A stretch of DNA of 64,000 bases, taken from Caldisericota bacterium. GTDB lineage: Bacteria; Caldisericota; Caldisericia; JAAYUI01. The stretch covers positions 224,001-288,000 of the forward strand of contig JAKPMO010000002.1 of NCBI GenBank assembly GCA_029548865.1. Reading direction: 5' to 3'. The notes beneath the pieces were generated by a model, which saw nothing but the letters and a program-made list of their open reading frames with translations, ran no database searches and was not told the DNA's origin. Shown here piece after piece: positions 1 through 10,366 of the stretch (the stretch's first letter is position 1; each line of letters begins with the position of its first letter). A program made the position numbers and the translations under genes.

Positions 1-35
1 ACTTTTGCGTTTGAGTTGTTGAAGGCACTGTGGGG

Positions 36-542
36 ATGGAAGATGAATACGAAAAACTTGTTTATCTGGCAAAAGGTGGCGACCAGGAGGCTTTTATCAG
101 GCTTGCCGACTCCTGCAAGGAGAGGGTCGCAAAGATTGCCTTTTATGTCCTTGGAAACAGAGACGAAGCCGAGGATGTCGCGCAGGAGGCTTTTCTTAAG
201 GCCTTTGTCGGAATCCGGAGCCTCAAGGACGGGGTGCCTTTTGACCTCTGGGTTTCCAAGATTTCCAGAAACCTTTCCATTGACAGGCTCAGAAAGAGAA
301 GGCCACAAGCTGACCCTGTTGAGGAGTGGAGCAAAGAAAGCGAGCCAGAGACTATCTTGGACATAAGAAAGGCGATCATGGAACTTCCGGCGTTGTTCAG
401 GCTCCCGTTGACCATGCTTTATTTTGACGACATGCCAACCGATGCAATTGCAAGGGTCCTTGGCGTCCCGCAGGGAACAGTGAAGTCCAGGATACACAAG
501 GCCAAAGAGATGATAAAAAGGAGATTAGGTGGACAATTTTGA
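36..542 (+). CDS. ECF-type RNA polymerase sigma factor
   Basis: Region 2 (AEDVAQEAFLKAF, FDLWVSKISRNLSIDRLRK) and region 4 (IARVLGVPQGTVKSRIHKAK); start is ATG36 or GTG30. Confidence 0.93.
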   Translation: MEDEYEKLVYLAKGGDQEAFIRLADSCKERVAKIAFYVLGNRDEAEDVAQEAFLKAFVGIRSLKDGVPFDLWVSKISRNLSIDRLRKRRPQADPVEEWSKESEPETILDIRKAIMELPALFRLPLTMLYFDDMPTDAIARVLGVPQGTVKSRIHKAKEMIKRRLGGQF

Positions 543-780
543 GAACGAGGTAGGCAATGCTAGGCCGGGAATTGATATTCCAGGCCCATTTTTTATCCCC
601 AGACTGAGGGTCGCACTTAAAAAGATTGCCGACGAAACAGTTGCCAACCCTCTGGGGGCGTGTGCCGGGTGCGCAATGGCAACCATATTGGTTGCGTTTG
701 CTTTTCTTGCGGCAATAGGTCGTCTTGACCTTGTTCCCGACCTTGTCAGGACGATTGGAAATGTGGTGGGGATATCGTGA
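529..780 (+). CDS. Small single-pass membrane protein, possible anti-sigma factor
   Basis: Overlaps the sigma stop; RBS AGGAG; one hydrophobic segment. Confidence 0.6.
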   Translation: MDNFENEVGNARPGIDIPGPFFIPRLRVALKKIADETVANPLGACAGCAMATILVAFAFLAAIGRLDLVPDLVRTIGNVVGIS

Positions 781-1364
781 GGAAGTTTATTGGCCAGGCA
801 AGGACAGCTTTTACTGATTTGACCTCTGCGATATCTAGTTCACCTTCGATTGGCGAGTCAATTGTTATCACACTTTTGCTCCAGATATTTTGTGTCGTCT
901 TGCTTGTGCAGAACGCGCTTGGTCCCGATGCGACATCTGTTTCGCCGTTTCCCAGCCCGGTAGCCTTTTCTCTACCTGCCAGGATTGCTTTTTCTTTTTT
1001 GGTGCAGATTTTGTCGATATTGCTGCCAGTGCTGATTTTTCTTGGAAAAAAGGGGCTGTTGCTGTTTGCAGAAAATCTGGCGCTGATAAACTTTATTGGC
1101 TTTTGTGCTTGTGTTATTGGCCTCATCTACCAGTCGGTTTTCTGGCCAATGTACAAATTACTGCCTTTGACAGGAATTCTTGCAAAAGCAATTTATGAGT
1201 CGGTTTTCCTCGTTTATCCTGTTCTGGTTTTGTTCATTTTCAGGTATGTCCTGCTGTGGATGCTTGCTAAAAAAACCGGAGCCAGTACCTCCCGAATATT
1301 TCTTCTTGCCGGGTCATACCTGCTGATTGCGGCCGTGATGTCATTTGTCGGAGGCCTGATATGA
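777..1364 (+). CDS. Multi-pass membrane protein (Yip1-like topology, uncertain)
   Basis: About 5 hydrophobic helices; GTGA overlap with the upstream gene. Confidence 0.7.
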   Translation: MRKFIGQARTAFTDLTSAISSSPSIGESIVITLLLQIFCVVLLVQNALGPDATSVSPFPSPVAFSLPARIAFSFLVQILSILLPVLIFLGKKGLLLFAENLALINFIGFCACVIGLIYQSVFWPMYKLLPLTGILAKAIYESVFLVYPVLVLFIFRYVLLWMLAKKTGASTSRIFLLAGSYLLIAAVMSFVGGLI

Positions 1365-2878
1365 GAAAAAACTGGTGGGTCCTGCTTGTCGGGCTTGTGG
1401 TTTTTACTGCCGTTTACGCAATCTACTTCCCCCAGAGCCAGAAACCGCTCAGGCTTTCAGTGGATGCCATCTGGAGGGCCAGATGGCCGGCCGAAACTGC
1501 CCTTGCTTCGGCAAAGCCTTTCATTGCAACTGAAAAGGCGGTTTACAAAGTTGATGGCAATACCATTCAAAGGATCGATTATCCTGTGCAGCCCGAACTC
1601 CCTCAAGGGCTGTCTTGGGGAAAACCGAATATCCTGTCCATGAGCGTTTACGATGGTGAACCTGTTTTGCAGCTCAAGAACGGATTTTTGAGGTATTCAA
1701 AGGGTCAATGGACACCCTTTGAACAAACGGAAGATGTGGGAATAAGTGATGGCTGGGAAATTACAGACGGGACAGTAACAATTGGCGGAGAATCGGGGAT
1801 TATTATAGGAAAATCGGGCAGTGGTTTTGTTGAAAAAATTGAGAAGGAGAAAATATTTTTTCAGATCCAGGGCAAAAAATTCGAAGTTGCAGATGACAGA
1901 AACAGCCAGAACAAGGTTTTCTCCCCACCCCTGAGCGATGATGGGGAACTGAGAGGCGTTGTGGTTGGAAAGAACACTTTTATGCCCACAAAAGATGGCA
2001 GGATTTCCATAATGGCCGATGGCAAGGAAACAGGCGTCATTGATCGCGCAAATCTCGGCCTTGATATCGTACCGGCAAAGATTGCCTCTGACGGGGAAAC
2101 AATTTATGTCATGACAAGGGCTATTTATGGGTCTAGCCCCTCTTTCTGGGTGCAGGCGTATGACACCAAGGAGTTTAAATGGAAAGGTGAACTGGTGGCG
2201 TCATCTGGATCAAAGCCAGTATCTGTCGGTTTTTGCTCTGGAATGATTGTTGTTCTTTTTGATGATGGTCTGCTCTCATTCTACAACAAAGAGGGGTTTT
2301 CGCTTTTTAATGAAAAGGTTTGCGATTCACCGCTGGACATGGTTTCAGTTGGCGAAACCATCTATGTTCTCTCGTCAGATTCGCTGCTGTCAATTGCCGT
2401 CACGCAAAAGAGCGCACAAAATAGGATATGGCCAAGAATGGTTGATTTGGGGAATGTTGCTGGAGAGGCACGCTTCAAGGTAGGTGTTGAAGTTAGGGAT
2501 ACTCCAAACCTTGTTACAAAGGGCGATTTTGTAAAACTGGATTCAATCGAGAAAAAAGAAGGGTATTACGCAATCAATCTGGTTGCCAGGACAAAAGGCC
2601 TGGTTTCTTTTGAAGAGTATGAGGCTGACATCATAATTGAATCAGGCATTTTCAGGGAAATTGTGCCGGTAAAAATGGTCGCATCACCCAAAACCACAAA
2701 ACTTGAAGTGTTCGAGGGTGTGGCAATTGATGTTGTTGCTGGAAAATCTTACAAGACAGAGATTGAGGGTGAAACCCTGAAACTCGACATGGAACTGCCA
2801 AAATCAGGCGAAATCATTTATGATCCTCTCACATCCAGTGCTTTTGTCCTTGATGTCAGAAGAGGTTTGAAGCTCTAG
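1361..2878 (+). CDS. Membrane-anchored or secreted beta-rich (propeller-like) hypothetical protein
   Basis: N-terminal signal/TM; beta-strand repeats; ATGA overlap. Confidence 0.75.
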   Translation: MRKNWWVLLVGLVVFTAVYAIYFPQSQKPLRLSVDAIWRARWPAETALASAKPFIATEKAVYKVDGNTIQRIDYPVQPELPQGLSWGKPNILSMSVYDGEPVLQLKNGFLRYSKGQWTPFEQTEDVGISDGWEITDGTVTIGGESGIIIGKSGSGFVEKIEKEKIFFQIQGKKFEVADDRNSQNKVFSPPLSDDGELRGVVVGKNTFMPTKDGRISIMADGKETGVIDRANLGLDIVPAKIASDGETIYVMTRAIYGSSPSFWVQAYDTKEFKWKGELVASSGSKPVSVGFCSGMIVVLFDDGLLSFYNKEGFSLFNEKVCDSPLDMVSVGETIYVLSSDSLLSIAVTQKSAQNRIWPRMVDLGNVAGEARFKVGVEVRDTPNLVTKGDFVKLDSIEKKEGYYAINLVARTKGLVSFEEYEADIIIESGIFREIVPVKMVASPKTTKLEVFEGVAIDVVAGKSYKTEIEGETLKLDMELPKSGEIIYDPLTSSAFVLDVRRGLKL

Positions 2879-3753
2879 ATTTCGAAGGTCATTTTTGGCC
2901 CAAGCACTGAGAGGACAGGTTTTTCGCACTTTATCAGAAAATTGAGCCATATTTTTTCGCCAAGCGGAATGCCTATTTTTGGTGGAAGAGGGCCCCTCAT
3001 TGGTATCTTTTTTCTGGACAACGTGCACTCCCATGGCAGGCCCTCTATCTGTCCGCACCTCATCACCCCAATGTCATCAACCTGCACCATCATGGAGTTG
3101 CCCTCCCTGTCTGCCCCGCAATATTCGCTATAGACTGGCAATTTAAGCAAATTGCACCACTTTTTGTTTTTGTCCAGCAACATCGCCTCGTAGACGTCAA
3201 TGAAGTAGTCGAACCTGTAAAAAGAGGGCAGGCCCTCAGACTCCGTCACTTTCGAGACGACAGTGCCATCCTCATAAAACCAGCACGTCTGCAAGACAGA
3301 AAACGAGTGGTGTGGAACAAAGAGCCCTCCGACGGCAAAACCTTTTGAAAATGGCACAACAAATGGCCCAAGCTTGCACCGTGATCTTGCCAGAATGTAA
3401 TTTTGAGACAGCATTCTGTGGTAGCCAAACATTGTCCCCGAGGAGTCAAGGTAAGCCTGTGTGACTTCAAGACCTTCCTTCTGGCTCACCCTGACCCTCA
3501 CCTTCCATCGTCCCAGCCTTTCCTGGTGGACTGTCGCCCACCTGCCTCCGTCGTCACGCACCATGTTCCCTTTTTTGCCGCATTCCCTGTCATTGCCAGG
3601 CGTGATGCTGTCAAAAAAACTCTCTGCACCACTTATTTTTTCCCCATGTACCGGGTCTTTTGAAAGGCCCCTTCGTAAGACTGAAAGGCAGTGCGAAGCT
3701 ATTCTGCCATTCAGGACGTATTCAAACTCAAAGAGGTTTGAAAGTTTTTCCAT
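2875..3753 (-). CDS. Hypothetical protein
   Basis: Long ORF converging on the upstream gene; probable start ATG3753, 7 nt after TATCAT. Confidence 0.6.
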   Translation of the reverse strand: MEKLSNLFEFEYVLNGRIASHCLSVLRRGLSKDPVHGEKISGAESFFDSITPGNDRECGKKGNMVRDDGGRWATVHQERLGRWKVRVRVSQKEGLEVTQAYLDSSGTMFGYHRMLSQNYILARSRCKLGPFVVPFSKGFAVGGLFVPHHSFSVLQTCWFYEDGTVVSKVTESEGLPSFYRFDYFIDVYEAMLLDKNKKWCNLLKLPVYSEYCGADREGNSMMVQVDDIGVMRCGQIEGLPWECTLSRKKIPMRGPLPPKIGIPLGEKIWLNFLIKCEKPVLSVLGPKMTFEI

Positions 3754-3877
3754 GTGGCAAATGATATTCATGGCATGTGACATCATTTTGTCACACAAAA
3801 AGGATTTTTTGTCGGTTTTATAATTTCGTAGGTTTAATTTGCGAAATTATTTTTTTGTGGGATTTTGGCTGACAAAA

Positions 3878-4336
3878 TCAAGCCAGAAGATTTTCTCTTG
3901 CGGCTATTTCCGAAATGATTTTTTGAAGGGATACTTCAACTTCGAGCGTCATTGTGGCCGAAAATGTCAGCACCTCTGTGACCTCTACCGCGTAGATTGT
4001 GAATCTGTCTGGTATCTTCAGCCCGTGGTTTTTGCCAATTTCAAGTGCTGTTGCAAAATTCACGTCGTGCAGATTGCTTGCGTGCCTTGTTTCCGAAAAA
4101 TCCTGGAGCGAAAAAACCATTAGCGTGCCTGGCGGCACCTGGCCGGTCATGATTGAGTCGATGAGCACGGCCTCGTCAAAGCCCTGCACCATGTCAAGAA
4201 GGGCAAGACCACCGGAGTTTGCCTCCATGAAAGTGGCCCTGCCCTCGTTTTTTGACCTTAAAGCCTCAAGGACCCTCAACCCTACTGCATCATCCGAGAG
4301 GATTGGGTTGCCGAGTCCTATGACAATTTTTGACAA
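3878..4336 (-). CDS. Hydrogenase maturation endopeptidase (HyaD/HybD family)
   Basis: IGLGNPILSDDAVG motif, LIDSI, NLHD; directly after the large subunit. Confidence 0.95.
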   Translation of the reverse strand: MSKIVIGLGNPILSDDAVGLRVLEALRSKNEGRATFMEANSGGLALLDMVQGFDEAVLIDSIMTGQVPPGTLMVFSLQDFSETRHASNLHDVNFATALEIGKNHGLKIPDRFTIYAVEVTEVLTFSATMTLEVEVSLQKIISEIAARENLLA

Positions 4337-5839
4337 TTATTTCCTCAGCGTTTGTGTGATTTCGCCGTTGCTGTTATGAACCCTGACCTCCAGTGGCATC
4401 TGGCCAGGGAGCGAGTGTGTGGCGCATGAGAAGCATGGATCATAGGCCCTGAAGGCCATTTCCACCATGTTGAGGATGCCATCGGAAATCATGCCGTCCT
4501 TTATGAGTCCCCTTGCGGCTTTTGCTGTGTCGATGCATATTGCACCGTGGTTGAAGGCTGTTGCAACAATCATGTTTATTTTTGTGACCATGGCGTTTTC
4601 GTCGGACTCGTAGTGGTGGATGAGTGTTCCCCTTGGTGCCTCGACAATCCCCATCCCGACCCTCTTGTTTGTGGTCGGTATGTTCCTGACTTTTGGGTCA
4701 GTTATCTGGTCGTCGGAGAGCAGTTCAACCAGCCTCTCACAGGCATAGACCAGCTCGATGACCCTTGCCCAGTGGTTTGCAAGGCTGAAATGCACCGGCG
4801 CGCCACCCAGCGTGTCCATGAACCTCTGCCACTCTGCGTTTGCCAGTGGTGTTGCCATTCCCTTCGATACGTTCAGCCTAGAAAGTGGAGCGACCCTTGT
4901 CAGCCCAGATTCTGGGCCGTCTGTCAGGCCTTTCCATCCAATTTTCCTCAGATACGGGAATTTGAGGTAGCTCCATGGCATTACCTGTTCTGCTACTTCC
5001 TCCAGGTAGTTTTTGGCCTCAAATTTGGTGAATTCCTTGCCCTTCGGATCAATGACCCTGACTTTTCCGTCGTAAAAATTCGCGTGGTTGTTTTCGTCCA
5101 CAAGGCCCATGTGGTAGCTTTCGTGGTAATACAAATCTTTGTTGGTTATGATGTCGAGGTATGCCTTGTTGGAAAGAACCACTGCTTCGAGGATTTTGAC
5201 AGTTTTTTTGGCAAACTCCAGCAGTGTTTTTGCCTGTGAGAGCATCTCGGCGCGGTCTTCCTTGGAAATTGGCTTGCTGATTCCGCCTGGAAGCCCGAAG
5301 ACTGGATGGGTCGCTCTTCCGCCGATCCTGGCCTGAATGTCCTGGGCCATGACCCTTGCATGAAGGACCTCTGCGCCGAGTTCCCTGCCAACAGCCTCGA
5401 TTACACCAACAACATTTCTTTTTGATGCCGGTGCTCCAGGGCCGCGAACAAAATCTGGTGCGCCGAGTGCATAGAAGTGGGAGATGTGGGAATGTATATA
5501 ATGTCCGCAATATGCGGCCTCCCTGAGCATCTTGGCCGTTTTTGGTGGGTCGACATTAAACATCATGTCCAGGGCCTTTGATGATGCAAGGTGGTGCGCC
5601 CATGGGCATATTCCGCAAAGCTGGGTCACTATGCGTGGCAGTTCTTCAACCGGCCTGCCTTTGCAAAACTCCTCGAAACCCCTTAATTCCACGATCTGGA
5701 AGAAGCACTCGTCAACATTGCCGAAGCTGTCGAGGAAGATCTCTATCTTTACATGTCCGTCGAGCCTTGTTCCTGGGGAAATTGTTATCTGGTTGGTTTC
5801 AGCCCTGTGTTTTTCATCAAAGATGATTGGTTCTGCCAT
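4337..5839 (-). CDS. mvhA: [NiFe]-hydrogenase large subunit, group 3c
   Basis: L1 LCGICPWAH, EAPRGTLIHHY, L2 YDPCFSCATH followed by a cleavable C-terminal tail. Confidence 0.95.
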   Translation of the reverse strand: MAEPIIFDEKHRAETNQITISPGTRLDGHVKIEIFLDSFGNVDECFFQIVELRGFEEFCKGRPVEELPRIVTQLCGICPWAHHLASSKALDMMFNVDPPKTAKMLREAAYCGHYIHSHISHFYALGAPDFVRGPGAPASKRNVVGVIEAVGRELGAEVLHARVMAQDIQARIGGRATHPVFGLPGGISKPISKEDRAEMLSQAKTLLEFAKKTVKILEAVVLSNKAYLDIITNKDLYYHESYHMGLVDENNHANFYDGKVRVIDPKGKEFTKFEAKNYLEEVAEQVMPWSYLKFPYLRKIGWKGLTDGPESGLTRVAPLSRLNVSKGMATPLANAEWQRFMDTLGGAPVHFSLANHWARVIELVYACERLVELLSDDQITDPKVRNIPTTNKRVGMGIVEAPRGTLIHHYESDENAMVTKINMIVATAFNHGAICIDTAKAARGLIKDGMISDGILNMVEMAFRAYDPCFSCATHSLPGQMPLEVRVHNSNGEITQTLRK

Positions 5840-5844
5840 TTTGC

Positions 5845-6864
5845 TTATTCCTCCGCGTCCTCAACGGCCTCGTTGATGATTGCATTTCCAAAGGTGTATC
5901 TGTAGAAGGTCCCAAGTGGGTCGGGAACCTGTGCAACGATCTTTTCCAGCTCATCATCGGTCATATCCAGCTCGTGGTCAGTCATGTCCAGTATTGACCC
6001 AAGGGCCGAAAGCATTGAAGCACCCTGGTCCAGGACGAGCCCGGTCGGGCCATAGCATCCCCTGCATGGCATGTTGCCGACTTTTGTGCACTGGGCGCCA
6101 CAGCCAGCCCTTGTTGCAACACCAAGGCAGATTATGCCCTGTTCAAGGAAGCACTTTTCAGGATCAAGCTCGATTTCGTAGGGCCTGTTGATCTTCTTGA
6201 TGTTGTATTTTTCAGGTTTTACCCTCGGACACTCTTCGCAAAGGGTCTTTTCTGATGCAATTATTGCACCTTTTGGCGGGAGCGGTGTTCCTTTTGTGAC
6301 GTGGCTGTGCACTGCCCCGACAAAGGTTTTTATGGTTGATACGGCAGGCGGGCAACCAGGAAGGTAGTAGTCAACGTCAATGATTCTGTCCATCGGGACT
6401 ATCTTTTGTTCTGCCTCTGGCAGTGTGAGCGTCCTCCCAAGGGGTGTTTTCCACTTGTGTTGTGGTGTTGCACCCTCTGGGTTGACTGTTGATGCTGTAT
6501 CTTTTCCGTAGACAGTTTGCCATATTTTGCCCATTCCACCTTTTACGGAATTGGCAAGCGATGGTATTCCACCGAATGCTGAACAGGCGCCAAAAGCCAC
6601 CATCAGCTTCGATTTCTTCCTGAGCAGTTTTGCAAGGTGGACGTTTTCTTCATCTCTCATGGAGCCGTGCACCAGTGAAGCAGTGATGTATCCGTCAGGC
6701 ATCTTTTCGAGGTCTTCGTATTTGGTGTCGACGTAGGTCTGGGAGAACACTATGTCGGCTATGTCGAGAAGGTCGAGGAGCATCCCGTCAATGTCGATTA
6801 TGGCCATGTCGCAGCCATCGCATGTGGCAGCAGTGGCAATGGCAAGTCTAATTTTTTCAGACAT
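5845..6864 (-). CDS. mvhG: [NiFe]-hydrogenase small subunit
   Basis: CDGC, FGACSAFGGIP, PGCPP, CFLEQGIICLG, PCRGCYGP; start ATG6864 has an RBS. Confidence 0.93.
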   Translation of the reverse strand: MSEKIRLAIATAATCDGCDMAIIDIDGMLLDLLDIADIVFSQTYVDTKYEDLEKMPDGYITASLVHGSMRDEENVHLAKLLRKKSKLMVAFGACSAFGGIPSLANSVKGGMGKIWQTVYGKDTASTVNPEGATPQHKWKTPLGRTLTLPEAEQKIVPMDRIIDVDYYLPGCPPAVSTIKTFVGAVHSHVTKGTPLPPKGAIIASEKTLCEECPRVKPEKYNIKKINRPYEIELDPEKCFLEQGIICLGVATRAGCGAQCTKVGNMPCRGCYGPTGLVLDQGASMLSALGSILDMTDHELDMTDDELEKIVAQVPDPLGTFYRYTFGNAIINEAVEDAEE

Positions 6865-7315
6865 GGGCCACTTCCTTTCTTTCATTCTCTTCCATGAGCC
6901 TGGTTCTTATTGGCGACATCCCAAGCCTGTCAATCTGGGCGGAGAAGTTTCTCATTGTGTCGGCAAATTTCTGGCCTTCAGATGCAGAAATCCATTCCAG
7001 GGCGAACCTTTTTGGGGATATGCCGATTTGTTTGAGCATCATTTCAAGGAGTTTTATTCTTCTCCTCTCCCTGTAGTTCCCGGATATGTAGTGGCAATCT
7101 CCAGGGTGGCACCCGGCCACTATCACACCATCGGCGCCTTTTGCAAAGGCCTTCAGGACAAGTTCCGGGTCGATTCTTGCGCTACACATTGTTCGAATCA
7201 ACCTGAAATTTGTCGGCATCTGGAACCTTGATACACCTGCAAGGTCGGCACCGGCATAAGTGCACCAGTTGCATGAAAGAACGACAATCAGGGGTTTGTT
7301 TTTTTCTGCGCTCAC
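6857..7315 (-). CDS. mvhD: Hydrogenase [2Fe-2S] delta subunit
   Basis: CNWCTYAGADLAG, MCSARID, GCHPGDCHY. Confidence 0.95.
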   Translation of the reverse strand: MSAEKNKPLIVVLSCNWCTYAGADLAGVSRFQMPTNFRLIRTMCSARIDPELVLKAFAKGADGVIVAGCHPGDCHYISGNYRERRRIKLLEMMLKQIGISPKRFALEWISASEGQKFADTMRNFSAQIDRLGMSPIRTRLMEENERKEVAHV

Positions 7316-10300
7316 TTTACCGCCTCCTCCAAAACTGCATCAATCATGGATGCAAGCTGTTTTGTTGTGAAGCCGAGTTGCTCCATGGCTCCAGATGGGC
7401 AGGCCGCCGCACAGGCGCCACAGCCCTTGCACAGTGCCTCATCGACATTTGCAACCTGTTTCTCGCCAATGTTCTTCAAGTTTATTGCGCTGTATGGGCA
7501 CATTGGAAGGCATATCCTGCAGGCATCGCAGATGTCCTCGTTTACATTGGCAATTGCTGCTTCGGAAAGGAGCTTGTCCTTTGATATTACGGTGAGCGCC
7601 CTTCCTGCGGCGGCACTTGCCTGGGCAAGCGTTTCATCGAGCATCCTTGGGTGGTAGGCCATTCCTGCAAGATAGACTCCGTCTGTTGCGAAGTCCACCG
7701 GGCGGAGCTTGACGTGGGCCTCGAGGAAGAAACCCTCGTCGTTGATTGGTACTTTGAGAATTGTCCCGATGTCCTTGTTGTCGGGATTTGGTTCGACACC
7801 GGATGACAGGATCAGGAGATCTGCGGGTATCTCAAGGGTTGTCTTGAGAACTGGATCATTCACCCTGACAAAGAGCTTGCCATCATGTTTGATGACCTCT
7901 GGTTTGTGGTCCGGGTCCCATCTGACAAAGATTACGCCCTTTTCCCTTGCTTTGTTGTAATAGTGTTCCCTGAACCCGTAGGTGCGGATGTCCCTGTATA
8001 GGATATAAACTTCTGCGTTCGGGTTTTCCTCTTTTGCGAGATTGGCGTTTGCCACTGCCGTTGAACAGCATATACGGGAGCAGTATGGATGCTCGTCGTT
8101 TCTGGAGCCGACGCACTGTATCATTACAATGGATTTTGCGTTCTTGACGCCGTTTCCCTCTATAAGTTTTTTCTCAAACTCAAGCTGGGTGAGTACTTTT
8201 GGATCTTCGCCATAGAGATATTCTTTTGGTTTGTGTTGGTTGGCGCCTGTTGCAACAACTATTGCACCTACGCTTATCTCTTCTTTTTCTCCTGTGGTCG
8301 TATTTTTGAGAATTGGCTTGAAGCTGCCAACTGAGCCGGACAGATCGCCAAGAACAGTGTTCGTCTTGATTGTTATGAGCTTGTTTCTGGTGGCCTCAAA
8401 AATGAGTGATTTGAGATATGCCTGCATGTCGCCAACTTCGTTGGTGTATCTGGCATATTTGAGATTTCCGCCCAACTCGTCCGTTTTTTCAATGAGCGTG
8501 ACGGGGTAGCCATTTCTGGCTATGTCCAGAGCGGCATTCATTCCAGCCGCGCCACCGCCAATCACAAGGGCAGACTGGGTTACCGGCAGCGACCTTCTGG
8601 CGAGTGGCTGGAGCATTCTGGCCTTTGCAACCGCGACTCTTACGAGGTCTCTTGCCTTTTCTGTTGCATTGGCCGGGTCACCCTGGTGTATCCACGAGCA
8701 GTGTTCCCTGATGTTCGCCATCTCAACCAGATACGGGTTTAGCCCTGATTCCCTCAGAGTTTCCTGGAAAAGCGGCTCATGGGTCCTTGGTGTGCAGGAT
8801 GCCACAACCACCCTGTTCAGGTTGTTGTCTTTTATTGATTTGGAAATCAGTTTCTGAGTGTCCTGGGAGCACGTATAGAGATTGTGTTCTGCAACTACAA
8901 CGTTTGGCAATGTCTTTGCGTAGTCCATTACATCGACGACATCGACCGTGTTGGCTATGTTGATGCCGCAATGGCAGATAAAAACTCCAATTCTTGGCTC
9001 TTCGCCAAGGACATCTGTTTGTGGCGGGTACTCTTTCTCCACCAGGCAGGTTGCCCTTCCTGGTGCGCAATCGGCACCAGCTTTGGCTGAAGCCCCGATT
9101 GCCTGCGCCACGGTCTCCGGAATGTCTTTGGGGCCAGAGAAAGCGCCGGCCACATAGATTCCGCTCCTGCTTGTCGAAAGCGGGTTTGTATAGTCGGTTT
9201 TGGCAAAACCATCTTCAGACATTTCCAGTCCGAGGTTGTCTGCAAGTTTTTTTACTGTCTCCGAGGTCTGGAGTCCGACTGATAGCACAACGAGGTCGAA
9301 GGTTTCGGTTTTTTCAGTGCCGTCTTCAGATTCATACCTGAGCGTGAGATCATGTGTTACAGGGTCTTCCATGACTTCCGGGATGCGGGAGCGTATGTAG
9401 CGGATGCCGTATTCATTTTGTGCCCTGTTGTAGTACTGCTCAAACCCTTTGCCCACTGCCCTCATGTCCATGATAAAGATTGTCTGTTCAATGTCTGGGA
9501 CGTGCTCTCTTGTCATGATTGCTTCTTTGGTGGCGTACATGCAGCAGACGGCCGAACAGTAGGGTTTTCCGGCTTTGGGGTCCCTGGAGCCGATGCACTG
9601 GAGCCAGGCGATCTTTTTCGGGATTTTTCCATCAGACGGTCTCAGAACGTGGCCCTGATATGGGCCAGAGGCGTTCAGGACGCGCTCGAACTGTATCGAG
9701 CTGATGACGTTTGGATACCTGCCATAGCCGTATTCAGATTTTAGTTCCGGCCTGAATTCTTCAAAGCCAGGGGCCAGTATGACGGCACCGACATCAAGCG
9801 TTCTTTCCTCTTGCTTGTCGGAGTATTTTACGGCCTTGGCAAGGCAGACGTTTTCGCACATCTGGCAACCTATACATGCGTTCCTGTCGATTGTTGCCAC
9901 GAGTGGTATGGCCTGCGGGAATTCGATGAAGATGGCCTTTTTGCCAGCCAGCCCCTCGTTGAACCCCGATATGCAGTGGACCGGGCAATACTGCATGCAT
10001 GTTCCACAACCGGTGCAGAGTTTTGGGTCAACGTATCTTGGATAAACATTTACGTTGGCCTTGAAATTGCCAGGGCGCCCAGTAACGTGGGTCACCTCGG
10101 CGTTGGTGATTATTTCGATGTTCTGGTTCCTGCCGCATGAGACCAGTTTTGGCGAGAGGATGCACATCGAGCAGTCGTTGGTCGGGAATGTCTTGTCCAG
10201 CTGGGCCATTACGCCACCGATTGCTGGCGAGCTCTCCACCATGTAGACCTTGAAACCCGCTTCGACAAGGTCAAGGGATGTCTGGATTCCTCCGATGCCA

Positions 10301-10356
10301 CCACCCACAACGAGCACCGAACCGAATGTTTTGTCAGTTTTTCCTGTTGTTGTCAT
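7312..10356 (-). CDS. hdrA: Heterodisulfide reductase subunit A, large tandem form (1014 aa)
   Basis: Two FAD motifs (VGGGIGG, IGGGAAG), DKTFPTNDCSMC, two QCxGSR/YCSxxCC modules, ASCTPRTHEPLF, ferredoxin motifs. Confidence 0.95.
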   Translation of the reverse strand: MTTTGKTDKTFGSVLVVGGGIGGIQTSLDLVEAGFKVYMVESSPAIGGVMAQLDKTFPTNDCSMCILSPKLVSCGRNQNIEIITNAEVTHVTGRPGNFKANVNVYPRYVDPKLCTGCGTCMQYCPVHCISGFNEGLAGKKAIFIEFPQAIPLVATIDRNACIGCQMCENVCLAKAVKYSDKQEERTLDVGAVILAPGFEEFRPELKSEYGYGRYPNVISSIQFERVLNASGPYQGHVLRPSDGKIPKKIAWLQCIGSRDPKAGKPYCSAVCCMYATKEAIMTREHVPDIEQTIFIMDMRAVGKGFEQYYNRAQNEYGIRYIRSRIPEVMEDPVTHDLTLRYESEDGTEKTETFDLVVLSVGLQTSETVKKLADNLGLEMSEDGFAKTDYTNPLSTSRSGIYVAGAFSGPKDIPETVAQAIGASAKAGADCAPGRATCLVEKEYPPQTDVLGEEPRIGVFICHCGINIANTVDVVDVMDYAKTLPNVVVAEHNLYTCSQDTQKLISKSIKDNNLNRVVVASCTPRTHEPLFQETLRESGLNPYLVEMANIREHCSWIHQGDPANATEKARDLVRVAVAKARMLQPLARRSLPVTQSALVIGGGAAGMNAALDIARNGYPVTLIEKTDELGGNLKYARYTNEVGDMQAYLKSLIFEATRNKLITIKTNTVLGDLSGSVGSFKPILKNTTTGEKEEISVGAIVVATGANQHKPKEYLYGEDPKVLTQLEFEKKLIEGNGVKNAKSIVMIQCVGSRNDEHPYCSRICCSTAVANANLAKEENPNAEVYILYRDIRTYGFREHYYNKAREKGVIFVRWDPDHKPEVIKHDGKLFVRVNDPVLKTTLEIPADLLILSSGVEPNPDNKDIGTILKVPINDEGFFLEAHVKLRPVDFATDGVYLAGMAYHPRMLDETLAQASAAAGRALTVISKDKLLSEAAIANVNEDICDACRICLPMCPYSAINLKNIGEKQVANVDEALCKGCGACAAACPSGAMEQLGFTTKQLASMIDAVLEEAVK

Positions 10357-10366
10357 GGTGCTCCTT

